A stretch of DNA of 63,894 bases, the filler included, from Octopus bimaculoides (lineage: Eukaryota), in NCBI RefSeq assembly GCF_001194135.2. It is 5 parts of 5 records of this genome, joined end to end, with 100 filler letters (N's around TTAATTAATTAA, not from the genome) between each part and the next. Parts side by side here need not be neighbours in the genome. Positions count along the whole stretch, not along the records: positions 34,699 to 62,407 come from NC_068985.1; 4 more parts are not named here. One strand, written 5' to 3'. Of this stretch, positions 41,326 to 53,770 are shown piece by piece. Under the pieces are notes generated by a model. The model did not search any database, had not been told where the DNA came from, and saw only the letters and a list, made by a program, of their open reading frames with translations. Within the stretch, counting starts at the first letter, position 1; the number at the start of each line of letters is the position of its first letter. The position numbers and the translations under genes are program-made.

Positions 41326-43343
41326 CAGTGGCGGCTCGTGTATAGGCACTGCGGAACTGCAACACCCCCTATTTCCACTCAATATTATCAGTAACATTCA
41401 ATATAATGAGTCCTTTTTCTTTAATTCTTTAAGCTTAATGTCAGTAGTCGTCCCCTATTTTATGAAAAAAAACAAAAAAACACAAAAGTCCTTGTATAGA
41501 ACTGTAAAGCACACAGTTTTACAATTCCAGCGACGCAGTGTTTAGCTGTTGTGCGCACGCTCACATGTCCGAGATAGGAAGCTTCACGCTAGGGAGAGAA
41601 GGCACTGGCGTTCACACAGTGCTGGTGAAAGGTAGTGTTTCTTTTTGACTCCGTGTGTTGTGCTTAAAAACGTGCTTATATTCTTGAATGTGATAAAGTG
41701 TAGAATTAGATTGTAGTAACGCCGTGCGCATGCGTAGTCTCACGCATGCGTGGAATTCAACATCCAAGCGTTCCCGCTTTATTCACTCTCTTTCGCGGCC
41801 GGCCGGCCATGAGCAAGGACGTGTCTAGCTGTCTTTCCGTCAATCCAACCCTGGGGACAGCTCACATCAACATTCCAACGTCTCAACAACCATGCTCACT
41901 CACAGAAGGCGTCTCAGCAACCAGACAATCACACAGAAGGCGTCTCAACAAACAAGATTAAAGCTGTATATTTTCCACCATGAATAAATATTGTTGTGTT
42001 GATAGTTTGGAGTTCTGCGTTCCGTTTATATTCTAATTTAATATAGGAAAGTAGGTGCACACCTAATGGTGTATAACCACTATTTCTATATAACTGGTGA
42101 CCCCGAGTACGAACGACCGCAGCCACGAAATCTGAACTACCAAGCAACGATGACCACCAACGCCGTCGACAACAACAACCACTACCAATTACGAGCATCG
42201 CCCCCCGACGTCGCCAAAAGTTTCAATAGGACATCATTACCACCACACATACAGAACACAGCTACAGCTATAAACCAGTTCCTGCGCCGCCGTCTTCACC
42301 ATCAATGTACTGTCTACCATAATGTCGTGCGCCAACAACCCCACCACCAGGGACACACCAGATCAACACACTCGGTTTTATCTTCACTGTATGAGTGGAA
42401 TATCCACTCACGCACAACAGTCAGAGCTAGCCGACTAGGATATTTAGTACCAGGTAACAGGTCGGCATTCGCATCGACGCTCTGCCAACTGACCACAACT
42501 TCCTGAGTACAGACATTCAACTTGTGTAACTCTTATACGAACTGGATTTTTTCTCTACAGACACTTTTACTATGTTCTGTGTTTTTTTTCTCTCTCACAC
42601 ACACACTTGTGCACTCATATATTTTCTTTCCTTCCAGAAACATTGCATGCATGTATCTCACAAGTGTACATTCATTTCTTTGNNNNNNNNNNNNNNNNNN
42701 NNNNNNNNNNNNNNNNNNNNNNNNNNNNNNNNNNNNNNNNNNNNNNNNNNNNNNNNNNNNNNNNNNNNNNNNNNNNNNNNNNNNNNNNNNNNNNNNNNNN
42801 NNNNNNNNNNNNNNNNNNNNNNNNNNNNNNNNNNNNNNNNNNNNNNNNNNNNNNNNNNNNNNNNNNNNNNNNNNNNNNNNNNNNNNNNNNNNNNNNNNNN
42901 NNNNNNNNNNNNNNNNNNNNNNNNNNNNNNNNNNNNNNNNNNNNNNNNNNNNNNNNNNNNNNNNNNNNNNNNNNNNNNNNNNNNNNNNNNNNNNNNNNNN
43001 NNNNNNNNNNNNNNNNNNNNNNNNNNNNNNNNNNNNNNNNNNNNNNNNNNNNNNNNNNNNNNNNNNNNNNNNNNNNNNNNNNNNNNNNNNNNNNNNNNNN
43101 NNNNNNNNNNNNNNNNNNNNNNNNNNNNNNNNNNNNNNNNNNNNNNNNNNNNNNNNNNNNNNNNNNNNNNNNNNNAGTGAACAAATTAAACACACTACCT
43201 GGCAGTGGCTAAAACGTGAACCGATCAAGTTCACGTATAAATATTCTTTTTATATGTTTGTTTCCTTTTACACAATATTAAAACAACAGCTGAAAATTTT
43301 CTGAAGCACCTCCCTAACTAATTCTATCTACGAGCCACCACTG
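41326..43343. mobile_element. Non-autonomous hAT-type DNA transposon, about 2.0 kb including a gap
   Basis: TIRs CAGTGGCGGCTCGT (41326) and ACGAGCCACCACTG (ending 43343); perfect 8-bp TSD GTAATGAC at 41318-41325 and 43344-43351. Confidence 0.9.
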
Positions 43344-43980
43344 GTAATGACATTGAAATCAAGCCAGTTTGTCTGCCGTAACTCAGTACTGTAACTGTTC
43401 CAATCAAAGCAAGCAGCTTGGTGGCTGTGAAAGCTTTTCTCTCAGCTAAGAAAGAGACAAATTGGCAATGATCACAGCGTAATCAGAGTTGCTTAACGGT
43501 AACTCAGTTGTAAAACCGATAGCAGTTTGAGATGTAGTGGTAAATAGCAGATTCAAAGTGCTGTTGTCTCTTGTAGGGGTGGGTTACTACTTAGGACCAG
43601 TTTGAATCCAGTACTAAATCAAAGAAATCATACGCACTTTGTAGCCAGTGAAAGGTTTCCCCATCATTAGATTTAGATAATTGAAGTCACCAGTGATGAA
43701 AACATAGGTGACTATTTTCCTAGATGCAGCTCTCAGGCTATTTTACTAGGTAAAGCTGTGTCTCAATGAGAGCTTAGGGTACAGTAAATAGCGCCAAGTA
43801 CAAGCATACATGTGCTTATTCGAATGTCGCAAAGAAATACCTCTTGTGGCGACTGCTTCTAATCTCCACACAGAACTGTTGAAATGCTTGAGCGGACAGA
43901 GACCATCACACCACCCGCTTTAGCCTTTGAGAAACAAGTTGTAGCCAGGCATGCGAGATCCCGTAACTTTTAACGTAAGA
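43344..43980 (-). mobile_element. CR1 LINE apurinic-endonuclease domain
   Basis: MPGYNLF..AGGVMVSVRSSIS, LGAIY, VFITGDFNYLNL, PTRDNSTLNLLFT, SNSDY: the ordered APE motifs (GGV, YRPP, GDFN, PTR..LDL, SDH). Confidence 0.85.
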
Positions 43981-46585
43981 ATAAAAGAAGTGGACCTTGT
44001 GTAAACTGCAGGTATTTAAAAACAGTAATTCGTAGTTTATCACGATTCATAAAAGATGGCATCGTTTTTGTTCTTTTTTTCACTTCCAGCTTTCCCGGGC
44101 TTTTTCATTGCTTCCCTTTGTTGGTTCGATATCCTCAGACCAGCTCTTTTCCAGGTGTCTCCAGATTTGACAAAGTTCCATATCTGTCCACCACCATGTA
44201 AGTTAAAAGTCACGATTCAAAGAAACTATAATATGTGGTATTGCGCTATATTGGGAAATAACCCAGGACTAATTCGAAACGATTCGATTTTCAAACCTAG
44301 CCTTATCGGTATATGCATACCTCGGTAGAACTCGAGAAGGATCTAGCTAGCTAACATGGGCTTAGATCCCGGTCGACCGCAGCGAAGGAACGAAGTCGTA
44401 TGTGTTCGCGCGCGCTACATAAATTTAAAAAAAAGAAAGACTTAATTATTTTTCAAAGCTCATAGAGTGACAAAAGGAAAAAAGTAATCGATTACATTTA
44501 AGTTGAAATAAATATGATCAAGGGGAGAAAACTAGGTGTGATAACATATTGTAATGATTTTTGGAAGTTCAGTATTCTGTGGATCAGAAGTTTGATAAAT
44601 TCAAGTAACAATTGGCTTGAAAAAAAATGTTTCAGATACTTACCCTTCCACTAAGAACTTTTTTATGGTCTTGTGGCTTTCGTTGTAAATTAAAAGAAAC
44701 TTAAAACAGGACTTGCTCAATTTCAGCGAAAATAGAGACCTGAAGCATTATTATTAAAGTAGTTCTTAAACAGTGATGAGGGAGTATTTCAGAATGCCAT
44801 GAACTTTTTAAAATATTATTGAAAGCCTTTTAGAAGATCCATGCTAATGCTTAAGCGTCGTGAAAAACCTGTTATTCATAATTTTCTTATACACAAACAT
44901 GATTAATAAAACAAGCAACGGCTTTGGGGAGGGTTTATCTCTCTTTTCTTTTTCAAACTTCCCATGCAAAGCACACTTGTGATTTTTCATCTCTGGTGTG
45001 CCATGGGGTTAAAAAGATTGAGAATCCAAAGAATGAGGAACACTGGCAAGATTTGATCTTAAAATATAGAGGGTTATATCAAAATAGTTCAAGGCATTTA
45101 GTTTAGCATTCTATGGCTTCTGTCAACTCCAGTAACACTATCTTCAAGATACATTCATGTCGGGCTAGCCAAGTGGTTAAGAAGCTTGCTTCTCGACTAT
45201 GTGATCTAAGCTTCCTTCCCACTTCAGTCAGAAAAGTTAGAGAAAGGAGATAGCATGCTGGTGGGCCAGAAGCTACAGCGTGCTTGTGTTTGATTTTATA
45301 CTGATCAATCAGGTTGCCTTTTTCTGAATGCAGGCAACAATGCTTATGTGCCCTAAAAGTGGCCCTGTATCAGTTACGACAATGAGGGTTCTACTTGATC
45401 CAATCAGTAGTACAGCCTGTCTAAATCCAACTGATGATGTTACAACTTTTCTTGGTGTCCCCATCTCTCTCTCTCTCTCTGTATAGATTCAATGTAACAA
45501 AGAACATTCTCTTCCCAATTCAACACCAGATTTTTTTCAACTAACTCGCATATATATAAAAGGCATAAAGTTTCTCTAAAAATATCAACCCTGATGAATC
45601 TCTGAAATGAGATGAAAGTGCTAAATAAAATGATTACCCAAAATTCTGACTACCTCCTTTATGCATGTGTGTGTGTGTGATGATTTTGATTTGTGTGCCA
45701 AGCACAGCATTGTGGTCTTGAGCAAGACACTCCTTGACATCATGCTATAGTTAGTGAAAAACAAAGATATCTATCCATGAAAAATCTGTCTCAATGAATT
45801 CTATCCAATCCATGCTAGAATGGAAAAGTGAGTGCTGAAACAATGATGATACATATATAACAGGATTCCACACAGTTTCTGTCAACCAAATTCACTTACA
45901 AATCATTGGCTGACCTGGTGTTATAAATGAAGACACTTGCCCAAGATGCTCCACCTTGGGAATGAACCTGAAACCTCACAGCTGTGAAGTGGACTTCTTA
46001 ACCACACAGTCAAATACAGAGGAAAAATAAAAGCAGCCTATGTTATAGGTTTCTTTTCTTTTTCCTCCATATTTAACAACTGAAGGTGTGTTGTGTCTCT
46101 CTTTAGGACTTTGTTGCAGTTAAAAAAATTGTCAATAAATTTTCACATTTACCATTAAATTCAAATTTTCAATAAAATCTATTTTTCACTGTTAAATAAT
46201 TTAGAGACAAGAATTTAATGATAAAGTAAAATTAGCTATATTAGCTACAGTTGTCACTCTGAACCGAAAATGACTTAGCATTCATGCTTTGTAAATTGTT
46301 TTAGGTGCTTATGTAAATGTGAGCAGACATTGATATCCTCTTGGCTCTATCCCCTATGATCCAGGGGAACATCTAGAATATAACAGCTGGAGTTTCAAGC
46401 GTACTATACAAGCACTTGGCTGGTACTAATTTCAGCTGAGTAAACTGGAGCAATGTGAAATGATGTGTCTTAATCGAGGACACAATGTACAACCCGTTCC
46501 ATGAATTGAGTCCATGAAATAATAATAATAAGACCAATACCCTAGCCACTAGTCTATGCATCTTCATATATGATAATTTAATAAT

Positions 46586-46824
46586 AGGCGCAGGAGTGGC
46601 TGTGTGGTAAGTAGCTTGCTTACCAACCACATGGTTCCAGGTTCATTTCCACTGCTTGACAACCGATGCTGGTGTGTTTACGTCCCCCGTAACTTAGCGG
46701 TTCGGCAAAAGACACCAATAGAATAAGTACTAGGCTTACAAAGAATAAGTCCTGGGGTCGATTTGCTCGACTAAAGGCGGTGCTCCAGCATGGCGACAGT
46801 CAAATGACTGAAACAAGTAAAAGA
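46586..46824 (+). mobile_element. SINE family C with internal deletion
   Basis: tRNA-like head AGGCGCAGGAGTGGCTGTGTGGTAAG...GGTTCATTTCC fused directly to the 3' half; longer copy at 59476-60012 (minus). Confidence 0.85.
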
Positions 46825-47536
46825 ATTCTTAATTTTGACCAAACGTCAGGAATTTCAAGGGAAAGAGTTTAGTTGATTACACTGACTGGAAATTTATTTT
46901 ATCAAATCCAAAAGGATGAATGGCAATGCTGACCTTGGTAGGATCTGACCTCAGAACCAGAACCAGAAAAAATGCTGCTAAGCATTTTCTCTTGTGCACT
47001 AACAATTCTACCAGCTCATTGCTGAAATTTAAAGGCAAAATATTCCCATTCAATATACATAAAGACACGAACAACATTTTACTAATATTGTTTTATTTTT
47101 GATAAATAGTATATCAGAGATGATTGAACTGTATTTTTCAGCAACACCCTTCTCTGTAGTGCCCCCTCAACCCCCACCCCCAATAATCAAATAAAGATTG
47201 TTAAAGAAAGTGTGCATATACTCAGTAATTATCTTTCAACATTACATTCATAAGTTAATACAATTACATCAAAATATTTTGATCATTTAATAATCAACAG
47301 AGATTGAAAACTTCAAAAATTACAAAAAGCTATTTCGGCTGTGATAAAAACAAGTGAAATGAAAAAAAAAATTAAAAAATAAAAACTTGAACTACGTTTG
47401 GTCAAAATCTTGATGGAATACTCTAAAAGTTATGGATAAAAAAAAAAAATTGCTGTTTCCAATCCCTACAAAAAGCATATTTCTTAGGATTAAAATTAGT
47501 AATCAATACTAGCTTCATTAACTCAATAGTAAACAA

Positions 47537-47573
47537 TTTATTAAACCAGTGAAAAGACACTAGTGACTTTATT
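47537..47573 (-). promoter_or_regulatory. Candidate polyadenylation signals for GDH (AATAAA at 47537-47542 and 47568-47573)
   Basis: Two TTTATT hexamers on the plus strand about 1.1 kb past the stop; AT-rich background makes chance hits likely. Confidence 0.35.
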
Positions 47574-48644
47574 CATTTCATCAATATCACAATAACAAGG
47601 TGCTGTTTCAAATTTTCTAAAACATGATTTTTTTTTATATATAAAAATTAATTGAACTAAGAAAATATTCATCTGATCCAATAAAGCACCTAGTTCTAAG
47701 ATGTCTTTGCAAAAATTAAATATTTAAAAAATAAAACATTAAAAGAGAGAAAAAGAAAAATTAAGTGCTTAAGATTTAGAAAATATAAAATATCTGAACA
47801 GAGTTACAGATTTTCACAGAAACCTGATGCAAAAAAACCAATTTCAATTTCATAAGTTCCAAAATTCCATAGCACACATTGCACAGGAATTTTCAAACTA
47901 AAGACAAACAAATGTTAAAATGGTGAATCTATTCAAAGACCAACTGAAATGTTTGTATAGATGCACCACATTAATTGTACTTCTGAGAATGAGAGTATTA
48001 CAAAAAGAAATTCAGATTTCTTTTGATATGGTTTGTACTGTTCAGAGTTAATTCACTCTTTAAAAAAAAATGGAAATTCAAGACAAAGACAGAAGATTAA
48101 TACCTGCCCAAAGGTTACAATTTAAATTAACAATGAGAATTAACATATTGAAATGTTAATAGACAGTGTGTGTGACAGACAGTGATTTGAAAGATGGTTG
48201 GTATGTGTGGAAAATAAAAAAATATTTTTAAAAAATACTCTCATTAAGTAAAGTAAAATAAAAGATAAGAAAGAAAGAAGATAAAAAAGAACCCCACTAA
48301 GCAGACATGTCTGCAACTTTTGTATGTTAATATGACTGAAGATCAACTGCAAAGGAAAACAAAATAAAAAGCCAGTTTTATTGCTTGGATTGGATTATCA
48401 ACTGTGAAAAAAATCTACACAATGGCAACTACAAATAAAGGGTCTACTGGTTGAAAGGTCTATCAAATATGAACTTAAATTGTTACACATAATTACACAA
48501 GATTAATTATCTAACTTATACAGAAATATTGCTTTTGTCGTATGTAATATCAGAGTATAAAACACTATACCTTTTCTCAAATATTTCTAAGTAATTTTTT
48601 TTGCTTCTCTTTTTTAGACCCCTAATGTTGAATAATTTAAAAAT

Positions 48645-48764
48645 TCATAAAAATGTCAATCCAGCATCTTCATATACTCTGAAGATTTTCTCTATTGAAG
48701 TTATGTAAGCTGCTGTCCGTAAGTCTAAGCCAAGATTGTACTTCATGGCAGTTCGCATGATATT
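48645..48764 (-). CDS. GLUD1: Glutamate dehydrogenase, last coding exon ([39 protein letters not shown])
   Basis: Recognisable animal GDH C-terminus; acceptor ttccag|, TGA stop; 120 bp, phase 0. Confidence 0.97.
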   Translation of the reverse strand, partial: NIMRTAMKYNLGLDLRTAAYITSIEKIFRVYEDAGLTFL

Positions 48765-49379
48765 CTGGAATGCAAACAAATATATGCAAAAATAAGCAAA
48801 AAAGAATACATGATAAAAAATAAAAATAGAAAAAAAAATGACGTTTGAATACAAATAAGTAAATGAAATTCTGTGTAAAATTGCATCAGTTGTTTGTTTA
48901 AGGCTCTAACACCTATTTTGTGTTCAAAGGTAAAACACCCCCTATCTTGTGTCCTTTCATCTAGACAGTGTCAACTTAACTAGGAAACAAGATACTAACC
49001 ACAGTAAATGAAAGTTCAATATTGGCATAGTGTACCAATATTGGCATAGTGTACAACAGAGTGTACTGGACAATATTATAAAATAACCTTAGGTATTTGA
49101 GACTTGCACTATTTGACAGATCATAAGTAGAAACTTTTTCACTGAAGACATTTAAAAATCACACAAACTTGTTTTCTAACCACTTTTGTTTCATTTTGAG
49201 TTTTTACTATTAGATGTAAAAGAATAGTACAAGAAAAATTTGCATTCTCAAAATTGTATAACATCTTGAGAAATCATACTCTGAGATTCATGACCAAGAA
49301 CCGTATATTGAACTGCTACATCTACCCTATGTACACATACATTAGTATGCAAGTGAGGTATGGTCTATAACATCAGAAT

Positions 49380-49760
49380 CGAGGAGGTAAAGCTGTAAAA
49401 TGTGGTTCTTAAGGAGAATATTAAGGATAGCATGGACAAAATGTCTAATGGAAAAGTGATGACCTGGGCTGCAATATAGAGGAAACTGCTTCATGAGATA
49501 AGGGCCAAGCAACTGAGATTTCTTGGTCATGTAATGAGGAAAGAGGGCCTGGAGAATTTAGCAATGGCCAGAAAGATTGAAGGGAAAAAAAGCAGAGGAA
49601 GGAGAAGGATGATATAGATACGAAGCTTGATGAACAGGTAGGAAGAAAGAGGCGTAAAATATCAGAAAGTGGAACTGTTACAGAAAACAAAGAACAGAGA
49701 GTTGTGACAGGACATGATCACCTTGTCCTATATTCTGGACGTGGCATCTAAGGAAAGAAG
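49380..49760 (+). mobile_element. RTE-clade LINE C-terminal fragment in the last GDH intron
   Basis: MWFLRRILRIAWT...QLRFLGHVMRKEGLENL...IEGKKSRGRRR, typical RTE ORF end. Confidence 0.85.
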
Positions 49761-50057
49761 ACTATTACAAAATGAAAAGAAGAAAATACTTGTTTTAAAT
49801 AACCTTGAAGACTGTTTTTGAGAAAATGCTATGATTAATTGACAATATTCAATATTGACAAATACACTGAACCATTAAATTAATGCCCTAACAGCCTACC
49901 CTAATCAATCATAGAAATATGTTCAGGGAACACACAAGCAGTTAACTTATGTCAACATAGAAAAATGATCAAAATTGGAAATAAATTTACAACTGTTATT
50001 TGATAACTTAATACTTTATAATTTACAGTGTATTAAAATAATTGAAGGATTACTCAC

Positions 50058-50120
50058 TCTAGCTGACCTTTCCATGGTATATTCAAGGCCTGAATGAACA
50101 ATGTCTTTTTCAGATGCACC
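50058..50120 (-). CDS. GLUD1: Glutamate dehydrogenase exon (GASEKDIVHSGLEYTMERSAR), pivot helix
   Basis: 63 bp, ttgcag| and |gtgagt, phase 0/0; absent from the ORF track, read directly. Confidence 0.97.
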
Positions 50121-50869
50121 CTGCAATAGAAGGTAAGCAATTGTTTGTTAATCTTTCAATCGTTTCAGATTTATGCTTGGTGATAATAAAATAGAAATGC
50201 TTTAAATGTTTTCAAAAAGTGCTTCATTTACACTTACATACATACACACACACACATATATAAACACACAAGCATAACATACATACACATAACAAAACAG
50301 GAAAATGGAAATTTTTTGGTATTATTTATTTTCTATTACGCTGTCAGTACCGTGTGACTGGCCCTCGTGCCGGTGGCACGTAAAAGCACCCACTACACTC
50401 TCCGAGTGGTTGGCATTAAGAAGGGCATCCAGCTGTAGAAACTCTGCCAGATCAGATTGGAGCCTGGTGCAGCCATCTGGTTCGCCAGTCCTCAGTCAAA
50501 TCGTCCAACCCATGCTAGCATGGAAAGCAGACATTAAACGATGATGATGATGTGTTTCATTTGCTAATAAGAACTACAAAGATTTACATATTATATAAGG
50601 AGAATAAAGAATACCAAAAGATTTCCATTTTCCTGTTTTGGTGCACAATAACTCTGCAAATATTTCCATAATCCTCAATTTTAATATGCACTTTGATTAA
50701 CATACAACAGTCACTATGGATACGTATTGATTGTAATAATGGAATAAGCAGATGTGCTTCAAGAGGAAGCAGCTGGGATTTACCCTAACTACCTATATAT
50801 ATATATGTGCTGCATCAAACTACATGTGTTTTTCCACATGTCCACACAGTATCACAACAATCGGGATTG

Positions 50870-51450
50870 CTTCTCGGAGCGGGGGCGCTGCCTCCAGGCT
50901 AGTTCAGCAGCCTGGACTTGTTCATGCATGAAATGCACTAGTCAGACAATTCAATTTCAAAAAAAAGATCCTTCCAGACTAACATCACCTGGGCTGAATC
51001 GATCGCCCTTTGCGACCTCTGTTGCCACAACGACATCGTTGTCAAGCTGGCAGACAAAGGCGGCATAGTGGTGGTGTGGGGTGCAGACCTATCACCTCCT
51101 CTCCTCCAACCAACAGTGTGTGTCCTCCACCATCCATGATTTCATCACCTCTTCTGCCCTTGCCCCTACTGCCACCAACCTCATCATCCGAACACCTTAT
51201 ACGTCCACCATCTATTTCCTTCCCAAAATACATAAACCCGACAACCCTGGCTGCCCCATTGTTTCTGCCTGCAACTGCCACACAGAACTCATCTCTAAAA
51301 ACTTCAACCTCATCCCGTCTCCTTTAATTGCTGCCCTCCCATCCCATATACATGACACCAATCAAACCCCTCGCATTTTTAATTTCTTCTCCTTCCCTCC
51401 CAGCCCCTCACACCTGTTCACCTTGGACATCAAATCCCTATACCACCCCA
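50870..51450 (+). mobile_element. Penelope-like element, N-terminal part of the RT, decayed
   Basis: DIVVKLADKGGIVVVW, IYFLPKIHKPDNPGCPIVSACNCHTELIS, LFTLDIKSLY. Confidence 0.9.
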
Positions 51451-51810
51451 TTACACCCTGTAAAGTGGTTGGCATTGCGAAGGGCTTCCAACCATAGAAA
51501 CCATGCCACAGCAGGCAACAGCCTAGCACAACTCTCCAGCATGTCAGCACAGAAAACAGCTGTTAAATGATGATATACATGTGTGTGTGTAACTTCCACC
51601 ACGACTTAACAACCAGTGATGGTTTGTTTATGTCCTCCATAACTTAGCAGTTCAGCAAATGAAATGAAGAGAATAAGTACCAGACTTTAAAAAAAATAAG
51701 TACTGGAGTTCATTTGTTCAACTAAACCCTTCAAGGTGGTACCCCACAATGGCTGCTGTCCAATGACTGAAACAGGTAAAAAATAAAAAAACAATTTAAA
51801 AAATACATAC

Positions 51811-51902
51811 ATGAATCCTAGCTTCAAAAGCACTAGATGGCATAATAGGAATTTTGCCTCCATTTTTACCAAATTTCGATTCCAATGAATTCTGGACACT
51901 CT
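51811..51902 (-). CDS. GLUD1: Glutamate dehydrogenase antenna exon (ESVQNSLESKFGKNGGKIPIMPSSAFEARIH)
   Basis: 92 bp, tttatag| and |gtatgt, phase 1/0; joins neighbouring exons in frame. Confidence 0.96.
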
Positions 51903-52658
51903 CTATAAAAGATTAGAAAAAAAAAGTATAAAGTCACAAAGAAATTTTAACAATAGAGTGTAAAAATGTAACACAATTTTTTTCTTTTTCTAAACAAGTC
52001 ATATAAAATGTAATTAACTAGAATAAACAAAGAAATAAATTATATTATCATCTATCATTATTATTTAAGGTGGCAAGCTGGTAGAATGTCAGGGATTTCA
52101 AGCTGGTTGGATGGTTAGGGATTTCACTTCTCAACCATGTGGTTTTGAGTTTCGTCCTACTGCACAGCATCTTGGTCAGGTGTCTTTTAATGTAGCCTTG
52201 GACCAGCCAAAAGCTAGAAACTGAAAGAAGCCCATCATGTGTGTTTCTTTACATTTGCATGTCTCCGAAAATTATTCAGTTACAAGGTGACACTTCAGTG
52301 ATTTCCCTTTTCAACATCTGAAATATGATATCCCACATTTGAAAGACAGGTAAGAATTAGTGACAAAGAGGGCATCTAGCTATAAAACAAAGCCTCAGCA
52401 ACATAGTTATCTAATCTGGGCTAGCATGGAAAAATGGATGCAAATACATACAAAAAAAAAATACATATTTGGCTGTGCAGTTAAGAACCACATGGTTATG
52501 GATTCAGTCTCATTGTAAGTCACCTTGAGCAAGTGTCTTCTAATAAAGCCTTCAGTGGATATTTGCCTTTTGTAAGTGAATTTGGTAGAGAGAAACTATA
52601 TGGAAGCTCATCATGTGTGTGTATGTGTGTGTGTGTGAATGTCTTTATGCCTGTTCTT

Positions 52659-52880
52659 ATTTCTTATTTCTTTATTGCCCACAAGGGGCTAAACAAGGAC
52701 AGACAAACGGATTAAGTCGATTACATCGACCCCAGTGCGTAAATGGTACTTAATTTATCGACCCCGAAAGGATGAAAGGCAAAGTCGATCTCGGCGGAAT
52801 TTGAACTCAGAACGTAACGGCAGACGAAATACCACTAAGCATTTCGCCCGGCGTGCTAACGTTTCTGCCAGCTCGCCGCC
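52659..52880 (-). mobile_element. Young SINE family A, long-tail variant, with 15-bp TSD
   Basis: TTTATGCCTGTTCTT at 52644-52658 and 52881-52895. Confidence 0.92.
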
Positions 52881-53242
52881 TTTATGCCTGTTCTTGTCAC
52901 AACCCATCCAATCACTACTACCACCACTTGGCAACCGTTGTTGGGTTGTTTATGTCCCTGCTACTTAGACATTCAGCAGNNNNNNNNNNNNNNNNNNNNN
53001 NNNNNNNNNNNNNNNNNNNNNNNNNNNNNNNNNNNNNNNNNNNNNNNNNNNNNNNNNNNNNNNNNNNNNNNNNNNNNNNNNNNNNNNNNNNNNNNNNNNN
53101 NNNNNNNNNNNNNNNNNNNNNNNNNNNNNNNNNNNNNNNNNNNNNNNNNNNNNNNNNNNNNNNNNNNNNNNNNNNNNNNNNNNNNNNNNNNNNNNNNNNN
53201 NNNNNNNNNNNNNNNNNNNNNNNNNNNNNNNNNNNNNNNNNN

Positions 53243-53632
53243 TTGAACCTTGGTTCTCATTCCTAAGGTATTTTTCGATGTTATTATTATTATTATTATT
53301 ATTCAGGTCACTGCCTGGAATCGAACTCGGAATCTTGGGGTTAGTAGCTCGCGCTCTTAACCACTACACCATGGGTATATCACATAGTGGTTAAGAGCAC
53401 GAGCTACTAACCCCAAGATACCGAGTTCGATTCCAAGCAGTGACCTGAATAATAATAACATCAGAAATACCTTAGGATGAGCATCCAAGTTCGAAATTTC
53501 CCCAAGACACCTGATGAAGGCTGGAGGGTATATCAGCCAAAACATTGTGTTAACAACAAACAAGATTAGTACAAATATCCGTCAGATGTAAATAATGTAC
53601 ATAATTCCCCATCTCTTAAATATAGAACTGTA
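53243..53632. mobile_element. Palindromic element with two outward-facing tRNA-like heads; right arm carries a decayed hammerhead motif
   Basis: 53243-53367 is the reverse complement of about 53385-53495; B-box GAGTTCGATTCC in both arms; CTGATGA at 53511; right end ...AGAACTG-TA. Confidence 0.8.
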
Positions 53633-53646
53633 AAAATCATTCTTAC

Positions 53647-53770
53647 CAAGAAGATGATAATTTGAATCTTTTTCATACTTAAATGTCAATCTACCATAGC
53701 TTACATGGTTAAGGTTTTTCAACCACTCAAAATAAGAAACAGTTACACCACCAGCATTAACATACATATC
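53647..53770 (-). CDS. GLUD1: Glutamate dehydrogenase exon ([41 protein letters not shown])
   Basis: 124 bp, tttacag| and |gtaaga, phase 0/1; [12 protein letters not shown] signature. Confidence 0.98.

Noticed and set aside
53385-53450. Functional tRNA gene (also 55311-55386 and 60790-60864)
   Set aside because: A/B boxes present but acceptor and anticodon stems do not close; embedded in repeat bodies, so SINE-type heads
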